The notes under the pieces were generated by a model, which was not told the origin of the DNA, ran no database searches, and was given only the letters and a program-made list of their open reading frames with translations. DNA of 39,258 nucleotides from a virus: IMG/VR virus record IMGVR_UViG_3300045988_163958, positions 1-39,258 of that record; one strand, given 5' to 3'. Shown piece after piece: positions 28,099-36,017 of the stretch. The position numbers and the translations under genes are program-made. Within the stretch, counting starts at the first letter, position 1. Every line of letters begins with the position of its first letter.

Positions 28099-28327
28099 AA
28101 TTATTAGACTTTAAAAGAATTATTAAGAAATTAAAAAAACTTGGTTATCCAGTTGATGAAATGACGGCAGAAGATACATGGTTTATGCTAAGAGCTTTTA
28201 GTTAGGAGGTAGATATGAAAAGAGTAGGAAGCTATTATGATCCACCAGAAGATTATGAAATGGAAATAGATACAAGTGAGATTGAAGATTTAGAATGTGG
28301 CTGGTTTTTTAGGGAGGTTGAGAAAGA

Positions 28328-28597
28328 ATGGAAGAACTATTAAATGCTATAAAATATCTACATTTTGCAAAAGAGCAAGGAACAATAACAAGTTACAATG
28401 TTTTCAATGAAGAAGAAATAGAATTTAAATTTAAAGTTAATGGATATGAAGAAGAGGACAGTTGTGGAATAGAAGAATATAAAACTATAGGTGGAAGAAT
28501 AAAAGAAGCTATAGAACAATACTGGGAAGGTGCAGAAGAAGAAGAAAGATACAGAGAACAATGTGAAGCTGATTATATATCTGTATGTTGTGGGTGA
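28328..28597 (+). CDS. Acidic hypothetical protein.
   Basis: RBS GGGAGG. 89 aa, rich in Glu. Confidence 0.4.
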   Translation: MEELLNAIKYLHFAKEQGTITSYNVFNEEEIEFKFKVNGYEEEDSCGIEEYKTIGGRIKEAIEQYWEGAEEEERYREQCEADYISVCCG

Positions 28598-28793
28598 TTA
28601 CATGAAAGATACTGTAAAAGAAATGTTATCTTTATCTGATCTTATAAAAGAATTGAAGAGTAGAGAATTTGACAAAAAATACCCTTTAACATATAAAGAA
28701 GGCTGGTTAAGATTTGAGGAAAGAGTAAAGCAACTAGAAATTGAAATAGAAGCTTTTAGAAAGGAGAATAAAAATGAAACTAATATTTCGTGA
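28530..28793 (+). CDS. Hypothetical protein (the true start is probably the internal ATG near 28602).
   Basis: ORF listed in the track. The C-terminus is a coiled coil, and the gene overlaps the next start. Confidence 0.3.
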   Translation: MQKKKKDTENNVKLIIYLYVVGDYMKDTVKEMLSLSDLIKELKSREFDKKYPLTYKEGWLRFEERVKQLEIEIEAFRKENKNETNIS

Positions 28794-29475
28794 TTTAAAA
28801 CCTAATGAAATAGATGTAAAACCGCAAACAATAAAAGAAAATGGAATTTCATTATTGCTATATAAAAATGCAAGAGTTGATATGGATATACTTGATGAAT
28901 CTGTTGGTTGTACAGGTTGGCAAAGAAAACATAGTCGAGACAATGCAAACTGTATAGTAAGTATTTATGATGAAGATAAAAAAATATGGATAGATAAAGA
29001 AGACACTGGAACAGAAAGCTTTGCTGAAAAAGAGAAAGGTCTAGCAAGTGACAGTTTTAAAAGAGCTTGTGTTAACTGGGGGATAGGAAGAGAACTATAT
29101 ACTTCTCCTTTTATATGGATAAGTGATAAAAATTATATTTATGATACTGGTAAAAAGGATAAATACAACAATCCTATTTATTCTACAAGAGAGAAATTTA
29201 AAGTTTTAGATATAGAAATTACAGATAAAACAATAACTAAACTTACAATTGGAGATAGTAAAAATAATGTAGTTTACACATTTAATAAAAATAATAAAGA
29301 ACAATTTCCAAAATTTAAGTTTGAACGTGATGATGTTATAGAGAAAATTAAGAATAAAATTGGTGATAATATTGAGAAACTTGAAAAAGTATTAAATTCT
29401 TATAAAGTTAAAGGGTTGCAAGATTTAACTGATGAACAATTAGAAGATTGTAGAACTAAATTAAAAATAAAATAG
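28774..29475 (+). CDS. Rad52/Sak-like single-strand annealing protein.
   Basis: ASDSFKRACVNWGIGRELY resembles the Rad52-family KRA..GIGR.LY motif. RBS AGGAGA. Confidence 0.55.
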   Translation: MKLIFRDLKPNEIDVKPQTIKENGISLLLYKNARVDMDILDESVGCTGWQRKHSRDNANCIVSIYDEDKKIWIDKEDTGTESFAEKEKGLASDSFKRACVNWGIGRELYTSPFIWISDKNYIYDTGKKDKYNNPIYSTREKFKVLDIEITDKTITKLTIGDSKNNVVYTFNKNNKEQFPKFKFERDDVIEKIKNKIGDNIEKLEKVLNSYKVKGLQDLTDEQLEDCRTKLKIK

Positions 29476-29484
29476 GAGGATATT

Positions 29485-30171
29485 ATGACAGAATTAGAAT
29501 TAAAAGAAATTTTAGAAAAACATAATAAATGGTTGAATAATAAAGATGGAGGAGAAAAGGCTAATCTAAGTGGGGCTGATCTAAGTGGGGCTAATCTAAG
29601 TGGGGCTGATCTAAGTGGGGCTAATCTAAGTGGGGCTAATCTAAGATGGGCTGATCTAAGTGGGGCTGATCTAAGTGAGGCTAATCTAAGTGAGGCTAAT
29701 CTAAGTGGGGCTGATCTAAGTGGGGCTAATCTAAGACGGGCTAATCTAAGTGGGGCTAATCTAAGATGGGCTGATCTAAGTGAGGCTAATCTAAGTGGGG
29801 CTGATATAAAAATTACACCACTTTACAACGAAGGTACTTGTTTTTATGCTTTGCAATGCCCTGAAGAAGGTAGCTTTATAGGTTTTAAAAAATGTAGGGA
29901 AGATAGAATAGTAAAACTATTAATAACAGATGATGCTTTAAGAAGTTCAGCTACTACAAGAAAATGTAGAGCTAACAAAGTCAAAGTTCTTGAAATATTA
30001 TCTATAGATAAAAAAGAAAGTTTTGAAAGAGCTATAAGTAAACAAGATTCAGATTTTGAATATATAGTTGGGGAAACGATTGAAATAAATGATTTTGATA
30101 AAGATAGATGGAATGAATGTAGTTCTGGAATACATTTCTTTATAACTAGAAAGGAGGCAGAACAATATTAA
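29485..30171 (+). CDS. Pentapeptide-repeat protein.
   Basis: About 16 tandem A(D/N)LSG pentapeptides run from residue 25 to 110. RBS AGGAGG. Confidence 0.8.
   Translation: MTELELKEILEKHNKWLNNKDGGEKANLSGADLSGANLSGADLSGANLSGANLRWADLSGADLSEANLSEANLSGADLSGANLRRANLSGANLRWADLSEANLSGADIKITPLYNEGTCFYALQCPEEGSFIGFKKCREDRIVKLLITDDALRSSATTRKCRANKVKVLEILSIDKKESFERAISKQDSDFEYIVGETIEINDFDKDRWNECSSGIHFFITRKEAEQY
29569..29812. repeat. In-frame tandem DNA repeats of 15 bp (GGGGCT[G/A]ATCTAAGT, about 16 copies) encoding the pentapeptide repeats.
   Basis: Read directly. Confidence 0.85.
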
Positions 30172-30189
30172 AGTAAACAGGAGGGAACA

Positions 30190-30936
30190 ATGAATTTAGA
30201 ATTAAAAGAAGAAAATGGGAATATAAATTTATATGTTCCCTCTAATAAATCTTTAAAAGAAATATATGAGTTAATATCAAAACTCAAACAGAGCGAAATA
30301 AATATTATTAAAGTTGATAGACTATCCTTAGACCAGTCAAAATTGATTTGGTGCTTGTGTAGAGAATATGGCGATTTAATAGGATATGAGAGAGAAGAAA
30401 TGAGAGAAGTTTTAGAAAATGAATTTTGCAGCATAAGAGAAATAGAATACTTTTCTATATCTCCTCATAAACCTAGTGCTTGTTCTGTAGAAATAGCCAC
30501 AGAATTTATACAATTCATTATAGAACATTCTATAGAGCAAGGGTATAACTTAATAATACCAGAGGGAAAAGGAGAGAAAAGGACATATAAACATTCTAGG
30601 GATATATGTCCTGATATAAATAAATATGTAATAGCTTGTATAAGAGCCAAAAGGTGTGCAGTATGTGGAAGTTATTATGATGTTACAATCCATCATTATG
30701 ACACTATTGGAGCTACAACTGGCACTTATGAAAAAGATGATGGCTTACAAGGTAGAATGATTAGCCTTTGTAGTGAATGCCATACAAGGGCACATAATAT
30801 GACTAAAAAAGAATTTGAAAATAAATACCATATTTATGGTGTGTGGCTTACACCAACAATAGTAGCAGATATTAAAAAAATTTATCTAGGACATTTTAAG
30901 GCTTTCAGGATAGAGAATTATAAAAAGGGGTGTTAG
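30190..30936 (+). CDS. Protein with a C-terminal HNH-like zinc-finger nuclease motif.
   Basis: CAVCGS...HHYD...CSECHTRAHN has the arrangement CxxC...HH...CxxCH..H. Confidence 0.45.
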   Translation: MNLELKEENGNINLYVPSNKSLKEIYELISKLKQSEINIIKVDRLSLDQSKLIWCLCREYGDLIGYEREEMREVLENEFCSIREIEYFSISPHKPSACSVEIATEFIQFIIEHSIEQGYNLIIPEGKGEKRTYKHSRDICPDINKYVIACIRAKRCAVCGSYYDVTIHHYDTIGATTGTYEKDDGLQGRMISLCSECHTRAHNMTKKEFENKYHIYGVWLTPTIVADIKKIYLGHFKAFRIENYKKGC

Positions 30937-31169
30937 TTGTGAAAGATTGCAATGGAAAAGAAATAAAAGTAGGAGATATTGTTATATGCGACACTAGAGA
31001 TATATTGATTGATATACGTGTGGGAGAAGAATATGAGGTATTAAAAATATATCCTAGATATGAAACTGGCTGGGGTGAAATAGTACCAGAATTCTACAAT
31101 GTAAAAAGGTTATCTGATGGTAAAGAAATGCATAGACGAGCTTGGTACTTTTATAAAAAGGAGGAATAA
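30930..31169 (+). CDS. Hypothetical protein (GTG start; a GTG at 30939 is also possible).
   Basis: ORF from the track. A weak RBS AAGGGG is present. Confidence 0.3.
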   Translation: MLVVKDCNGKEIKVGDIVICDTRDILIDIRVGEEYEVLKIYPRYETGWGEIVPEFYNVKRLSDGKEMHRRAWYFYKKEE

Positions 31170-31244
31170 TGCAAGTAGAAATTTTTAATGGAATAGTTGC
31201 AGATAAACCAGTTAATATTATTGTAGTTTTGGGAGGGATAACTA

Positions 31245-31415
31245 ATGAATAAAGAATTGAAAGATTATACTACTAAAGAACTTACAGAAGAATTAATAAA
31301 AAGAGAAGGAATAATAACAACATATATTGATCCCCATAAACCTTTTGCTGTATATATTGATGGTAAAGTGATACAGCAAACAGGTCCAGCAATTTTAATA
31401 GTAAATAAAGATTAG
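31245..31415 (+). CDS. Hypothetical small protein (56 aa).
   Basis: RBS GGGAGGG. The sequence begins MNKELKDYTTKELTEELIKREGIITTYIDPHKPFAVYIDGKV. Confidence 0.3.
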   Translation: MNKELKDYTTKELTEELIKREGIITTYIDPHKPFAVYIDGKVIQQTGPAILIVNKD

Positions 31416-31423
31416 GAGGAATT

Positions 31424-31594
31424 ATGTGGTATCGTGCTGAAGATGTAGCAAAGCTTTGTGAGTGCTCTAAAAGCAAAGCTTACAATATAATAAATTCTCT
31501 AAATAAATTAAAAAGTAAGGAAGGAATACCAGTAATAGCTGGAAAAGTTAATAAAGATTTCTTCCATGAAAAAATGGGCATTAAAAAAAGTTGA
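31424..31594 (+). CDS. xis: Excisionase-like HTH protein.
   Basis: RBS AGGAGG. The HTH is AEDVAKLCECSKSKAYNIINSL. The gene is immediately upstream of int. Confidence 0.5.
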   Translation: MWYRAEDVAKLCECSKSKAYNIINSLNKLKSKEGIPVIAGKVNKDFFHEKMGIKKS

Positions 31595-31605
31595 TTAAAA
31601 ATATA

Positions 31606-31645
31606 AAAGAGGGTAAGATTAAAAAGATCGCCCTCTTTTTTAAGG
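31606..31645 (+). terminator. Hairpin with a T-run between xis and int (attenuator or terminator).
   Basis: AAGAGGG-(17 nt)-CCCTCTT is followed by TTTTTAAGG. Confidence 0.4.
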
Positions 31646-31653
31646 AGGATTTT

Positions 31654-32667
31654 ATGAAAAATGAGAACGGCAGTGGAAGTGTATATAAGTTAAAAGGTAA
31701 AAGGAGGAAACCATGGATAGTGAGAATTACAACTGGCTATAGTTTGGAAGGTAAGCAATTAAGAAAAACTATAGGAACATATAAGACTAAAAGAGAAGGG
31801 CAGGAAGCTTTATTATCTTATTTAAAAACCCCTGACCTTTTTTCAAATAAGACATTTGAAGAAGTTAAAAATATGTGGTGGGAGAGTTACAAAAAAAAGA
31901 ATGAAAAAGAAACAACACTTATAACTTTAAAAAATAGAGTTAAAATATTGGAACCACTTTTTAAAAAAGAAATAGCTGCTATAAAACTTTTTGAATTGCA
32001 AGAAGTATTCGACAATATAAAATTTTCTTGGAATTTTAAAAATGGAGTAAAAAGTGCGTTAAATATGATATTTGATTTTGCTTTAAAAAATGACTTAATA
32101 AGTACAAATAAAGTAAAATTTATTGAATTAGGAAAAAAAGATAGTGTAGTAGAAAGAAAAATATTTACAAAAGAAGAAATAGAAATTTTGTGGGATAACA
32201 CAGATAAAATTTTTTCTTGCTTTGTTCTAATTCTTATTTATACTGGTATGAGGATAGGTGAACTTTTAAATTTAAAAATATCTGATATAAATATAGAAAA
32301 TAAAACTATACAAATAAGAGAAAGTAAAACAGAAAACGGAATAAGAACTATTCCTATAAATTCTAAAATTTTCCCATTAATAACTAAAAATATGAGTATT
32401 TACCAAGAATATTTTTTAGAAAGAGATAAAGAACCTTTAAATTATAAAATGTTTCTACATTCTTTTAAACTATTATTAAAAGAATTAAAAATACAAAGGC
32501 ACACTATCCATGATACAAGACACACATTCGCAACTTTGTTAAATAATTCTAATGCAAACTCAACTTCTATTGTAAAATTAATAGGACACAGTAGCTTTTC
32601 CACAACAGAAAATACTTATACCCACAAAGATACAGAGGAACTAAGAAAAGCTATAGAGAGTATATAA
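31654..32667 (+). CDS. int: Tyrosine integrase.
   Basis: The C-terminal catalytic motifs are HDTRHTFAT and GHSSFSTTENTYTH. RBS AAGGAGG precedes ATG at 31654, which is preferred over the TTG at 31591. Confidence 0.85.
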   Translation: MKNENGSGSVYKLKGKRRKPWIVRITTGYSLEGKQLRKTIGTYKTKREGQEALLSYLKTPDLFSNKTFEEVKNMWWESYKKKNEKETTLITLKNRVKILEPLFKKEIAAIKLFELQEVFDNIKFSWNFKNGVKSALNMIFDFALKNDLISTNKVKFIELGKKDSVVERKIFTKEEIEILWDNTDKIFSCFVLILIYTGMRIGELLNLKISDINIENKTIQIRESKTENGIRTIPINSKIFPLITKNMSIYQEYFLERDKEPLNYKMFLHSFKLLLKELKIQRHTIHDTRHTFATLLNNSNANSTSIVKLIGHSSFSTTENTYTHKDTEELRKAIESI

Positions 32668-33205
32668 ATTTGTTAGCTATTTGTTGGCTAAAAGAAAAAA
32701 ATAGAAGAAAAAATATGGAATATATAAAATATAAAAATATAAAAATATAAATTTCTCAAGAACTTAGAAAAATAGCTGATTTAATAAAATCATATAAAAG
32801 ATATTTTAGATTCATCTATATATTAATAAAAATAAGATTTTAAGATATTATACAAACGTAAAAATATTAATTTGATAGCTACCTGTTAGCTATGTCAAAA
32901 AAGATGGGCGATCACCTTTTTATGTTAGTATAATTTTTTAAATAAAAATGATATAATATAAAAAAAAGTGGGTGATTATATGAAAAATAAAAAAGAAATT
33001 CCAGAAGAAATTAGGATTCAAATAGAAAAGGATTTTATAAAGTTTATGAATAGTCCTGAGAAAAAAAGATTGATAAAAAATTAAAACATATAAAACTTGA
33101 TAGCCAACATGAAAAATTTTTAAAAGATTTATTTTTTGAATTAGACTTAACTATAATGGAAATTCAAAAATCAAATTTATAGCAGAATAATTAAAAAAGG
33201 TGAAA
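32668..33205. other. AT-rich non-coding region downstream of int, a candidate attP. It holds TTGATAGC / GTTAGCTAT arm-type repeats and an AAATATAA microsatellite.
   Basis: Repeats occur at 32672-32695, 32872-32900 and 33096-33115. The tandem ATAAAAAT repeat is at 32728-32760. Confidence 0.3.
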
Positions 33206-33430
33206 TTAATCACCTTTTAAAATTTTTTCTCTTTCTTCTATTAAAGATTTAAATATCTCTAAATCTTCTAAAGAAGAATGATTTTTAATAAAGTTTTTAC
33301 CAGCACTTTTCATGCTTAGGATTTTTTTCCTTTCTTTTGCACCTGGATTTGCTTCCAGATATCTTTTATTTGCCTCTACTTGTTGTTCATTAGAAGCATA
33401 ACCTCTCCTCTTTCCCATTATGCAATCCAT
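33206..33430 (-). CDS. Hypothetical basic helical protein (74 aa).
   Basis: Second gene of the operon driven by the promoter at 33685-33713. The start overlaps the upstream stop. Confidence 0.4.
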   Translation of the reverse strand: MDCIMGKRRGYASNEQQVEANKRYLEANPGAKERKKILSMKSAGKNFIKNHSSLEDLEIFKSLIEEREKILKGD

Positions 33431-33651
33431 ACATCTTCTATAATGTTATCTTCTACTTTAAATAAAAATTGTGTAGAATTAGGAGTGTTAATATAAGCTA
33501 TGTAATCATAGCCATTATTATTGCTTTCATTTACAATTACTTCATTCACTCCTTCTTCTTCAAAATCTTCAAATGCACAAACTACTTCATTGTAATCAAA
33601 TTCTGCTCCTATAAGGTTGTGTAAATTTCCTAAAACATCATATTTTGTCAT
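33418..33651 (-). CDS. Small acidic protein (77 aa).
   Basis: RBS GGAGG. The sequence MTKYDVLGNLHNLIGAEFDYNEVVCAFEDFEEEGVNEV is strongly acidic. Confidence 0.45.
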   Translation of the reverse strand: MTKYDVLGNLHNLIGAEFDYNEVVCAFEDFEEEGVNEVIVNESNNNGYDYIAYINTPNSTQFLFKVEDNIIEDVWIA

Positions 33652-33684
33652 ATTAAAACCTCCATTTGTTTTTTCTAATAATTT

Positions 33685-33713
33685 ATTTTAACATAATCTC
33701 AAGATTATGTCAA
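33685..33713 (-). promoter_or_regulatory. Promoter TTGACA-N17-TAAAAT with the near-palindromic operator ATAATCTCAAGATTAT in the spacer.
   Basis: Read on the minus strand. It is a near copy of the element at 34071-34099. Confidence 0.5.
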
Positions 33714-33721
33714 TGTTTTTT

Positions 33722-34039
33722 TTAAAATCCTAAAGCTTCTTCCACTTTATATCTAAGTGGAGATTGTCCGTATGCTCTTTTTGCTAATAAATCTACATAA
33801 AATTTTTTAGTTTGGTTTTTAAAATATAGATTTACATATATTCTTTTTTCTCCATATTTTTCCCAATTGTTAGCAGTATAATTCACACCTGCTTCATCTA
33901 AAACAGATTTAACTATATTTAGAGGATTTTTCTTTTCTTCCCAAGCTTGTTTTAAGCCTATAGATAATCTAACTGAATAATTTCCTTCCAAAGTTTTTGC
34001 TATTTGGTGTCCTCTTTTCATTAAATCTCTTTTAGTCAT
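33722..34039 (-). CDS. Hypothetical protein (105 aa).
   Basis: RBS GAGGAGG. It has its own operator-bearing promoter. Confidence 0.45.
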   Translation of the reverse strand: MTKRDLMKRGHQIAKTLEGNYSVRLSIGLKQAWEEKKNPLNIVKSVLDEAGVNYTANNWEKYGEKRIYVNLYFKNQTKKFYVDLLAKRAYGQSPLRYKVEEALGF

Positions 34040-34070
34040 TTTTTATTCCTCCTCTATATTTTATATTTAT

Positions 34071-34099
34071 AATATATCATAATCTTAAGATTATGTCAA
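34071..34099 (-). promoter_or_regulatory. Promoter TTGACA-N17-TATATT with the perfect 16-bp palindromic operator ATAATCTTAAGATTAT in the spacer.
   Basis: Read on the minus strand. Confidence 0.5.
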
Positions 34100-34133
34100 C
34101 AACTTTTTTAAAATATTTTTAAAATAAAAAAAA

Positions 34134-34149
34134 CAGGGATTTCTCCCTG
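34134..34149 (-). terminator. Intrinsic terminator after the His-rich gene.
   Basis: CAGGGATTTCTCCCTG is a perfect hairpin. The minus strand reads T8 after it. Confidence 0.6.
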
Positions 34150-34152
34150 CTC

Positions 34153-34503
34153 TTACATCTTAAATTTACTAATTTTCTGCGATAACTCATGGGCTTCTTC
34201 GATTAAATCTTCATAGAAGCATTTCCATAATTCAGCCATACTATGGTGTTTATGTTCTTCATGCTCATGGTGTTTTTCTGTGTCATAACTTCTTGTTTTA
34301 CTCTCATGTTCTCTCATCATGTTTTGTATCTTCTCATCATCTTTTTGGAACATATCAAGTCTTGTTCTTGCTCTTGTTAAATACCAAGATGCCATATCCA
34401 TATTTTCAGCTTCCTTTTCTTCTTTTGCATACTCATATGCCATTTCAGCATCATTATAGTCATCTTTAAGCATATCTATCATTCTTTCCAATCTTTCTTT
34501 CAT
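34153..34503 (-). CDS. His-rich acidic helical protein (116 aa).
   Basis: RBS AAGGAGAGG. It contains EKHHEHEEHKHH. Confidence 0.45.
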   Translation of the reverse strand: MKERLERMIDMLKDDYNDAEMAYEYAKEEKEAENMDMASWYLTRARTRLDMFQKDDEKIQNMMREHESKTRSYDTEKHHEHEEHKHHSMAELWKCFYEDLIEEAHELSQKISKFKM

Positions 34504-34943
34504 TATTTAGTCACCTCTCCTTTTTTTATACTTGTTTCTACAGCCATTGTTTCTGTAGGTGTAGTTGGAGTATACACAGGAAATACAAAGCTCGTACAAG
34601 GCAAATTACAAGTTCCTACATAGTTTAAAGAAGGAACATCTGTTTTAAATCTTGTTGGATATATTCTCCTATTTCTTATCTGATCGCTATAAACTAAATT
34701 TCCACATTTATTAATTAGTGGGACTTGTGTTGTAGAACTTCCTATAGTTATTACTACTGGAATAGGTGTTGCAGAACTTGGAAGAGTAGTGGCTATTAAT
34801 AAACATACATTTTCATTGTTGTTAAAAGATTGGCTAGGCTGTACATTTAATACAAGTTTTCCTCCTGTTATTGTTGCTGTTGTTACAGTTATTAAATGTC
34901 TGCATCTATTACATCTGCAACTAGCATTTAAATTGCAATTCAT
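34503..34943 (-). CDS. Cys/Thr-rich protein (146 aa).
   Basis: RBS AAGGGGG. The N-terminus is MNCNLNASCRCNRCRH, followed by Thr/Pro-rich tracts. Confidence 0.45.
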   Translation of the reverse strand: MNCNLNASCRCNRCRHLITVTTATITGGKLVLNVQPSQSFNNNENVCLLIATTLPSSATPIPVVITIGSSTTQVPLINKCGNLVYSDQIRNRRIYPTRFKTDVPSLNYVGTCNLPCTSFVFPVYTPTTPTETMAVETSIKKGEVTK

Positions 34944-34968
34944 ATTTTTTACCCCCTTTAATTAAAAA

Positions 34969-34986
34969 GGTGGGAATTATCCCACC
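34969..34986 (-). terminator. Intrinsic terminator after the Gly-rich gene.
   Basis: GGTGGGAATTATCCCACC has a 7-bp perfect stem. The minus strand reads a T-run after it. Confidence 0.55.
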
Positions 34987-35020
34987 CTTAAAGTCACGAC
35001 AATTAGTCGGAATAATTCAA

Positions 35021-35713
35021 CTAGATATTTCCACATCCATTAAATCCACCGCATCCATTACCAAATACTGGTGTTCCCCATGGGTTACAGCTTTGGTATG
35101 CTGGCACTGGTGTAGGTCTAATAGCATTTATAATGTTATTAGATTGTGCTTGTAGAGTTGCAGAAAGTGTTAAATCTTGGTTTCTGTCTCTAAGTTCCTG
35201 AATAGTATTAGCTGTCATCATATCCACGATTCTTTGTGTATTTGCATTTCCAGCAGCTATTAAATCTCTAGTGTTCATGTTAGCATTTGTGATTATATCA
35301 CAGGTGTTCTTAGCATTTTCATATCTAACAGAATCTATATTTCTGTTAGTAGTGCAGCAGCAGCTATCTAGGTTTGAATTTAGATTAGCAAATCCTAAAC
35401 CTATTAGTTCTCTTGTTTGCCCATTTTGTTGAGCCATTGCATAAGTAGAATCACAGATTCCGTTTGCTAGTCCATTTATTCCAGATTCTATAGCTCTATG
35501 TCCATTTTTAAGGTCCTGTAAAGCGAATTGATCTGCCATTAGTTCTCCACCTGCAAATCCTCCAGCTCCGAAGCCATTACGCCCCCAACCAAACATCATA
35601 GCAATGATTAGGAATACTATCCAACCTCCACCTGCTCCAAAACCGAAACCGTCTCCGCCAGCCATTCCAGTTGGCATCACAGGCATTACGCCTTCTGTGC
35701 TAAATCCTGCCAT
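35021..35713 (-). CDS. Gly-rich membrane protein (230 aa) with a Cys/Gly-rich C-terminus.
   Basis: Strong RBS TAGGAGG. The N-terminus GDGFGFGAGGGWIVFLIIAMMFGWGRNGFGAGGFAGG is a TM helix flanked by Gly repeats. The C-terminus is NGCGGFNGCGNI. Confidence 0.5.
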   Translation of the reverse strand: MAGFSTEGVMPVMPTGMAGGDGFGFGAGGGWIVFLIIAMMFGWGRNGFGAGGFAGGELMADQFALQDLKNGHRAIESGINGLANGICDSTYAMAQQNGQTRELIGLGFANLNSNLDSCCCTTNRNIDSVRYENAKNTCDIITNANMNTRDLIAAGNANTQRIVDMMTANTIQELRDRNQDLTLSATLQAQSNNIINAIRPTPVPAYQSCNPWGTPVFGNGCGGFNGCGNI

Positions 35714-35765
35714 AGTTTATACCTCCTATTGTTTTTTTATTTGTAAAACACCCCCGTGTTATTAC

Positions 35766-36017
35766 CTAGTAATTAAATTTTCTTCCTCCGCCTTGAACTG
35801 TTGGCGTTGCTCCTGATCCTACTGGACTACTTGGCTGTATGCTATTAGGGTCTATTCCCCTTTGCTGTAAAATGTTGTTTCTCTGCTCTGGCGTCATTTG
35901 CTGCACCTTTTGCATCATTTCCTGTTGCTGCTGCGGTGTCATTTGCTGCCATTGTTGCATCATCTGTGCTGCTTGTGGCCCTAATGCTTTTTGTAACATC
36001 ATCATCATTGGATTCAT
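35766..36017 (-). CDS. Met/Gln-rich low-complexity protein (83 aa).
   Basis: Strong RBS AAGGAGGT. The sequence begins MNPMMMMLQKALGPQAAQMMQQWQQMTPQQQQEMMQKVQQ. The hairpin AACAC-CCCC-GTGTT follows the gene. Confidence 0.45.
   Translation of the reverse strand: MNPMMMMLQKALGPQAAQMMQQWQQMTPQQQQEMMQKVQQMTPEQRNNILQQRGIDPNSIQPSSPVGSGATPTVQGGGRKFNY

Noticed and set aside
28358-29047. Minus-strand ORFs 28358-28561, 28734-28943 and 28802-29047.
   Set aside because: They are antisense to early plus-strand genes and are Phe-rich low-complexity.
29569-29812. Regular 15-bp tandem repeats that superficially resemble a repeat array.
   Set aside because: They are in-frame coding repeats of the pentapeptide-repeat protein. 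There are no unique spacers and the period is far shorter than CRISPR repeats.
31591-31653. TTG start at 31591 for the integrase from the ORF track.
   Set aside because: The ATG at 31654 with a consensus AAGGAGG RBS lies just downstream of the hairpin. The upstream segment overlaps the end of xis and the attenuator hairpin.
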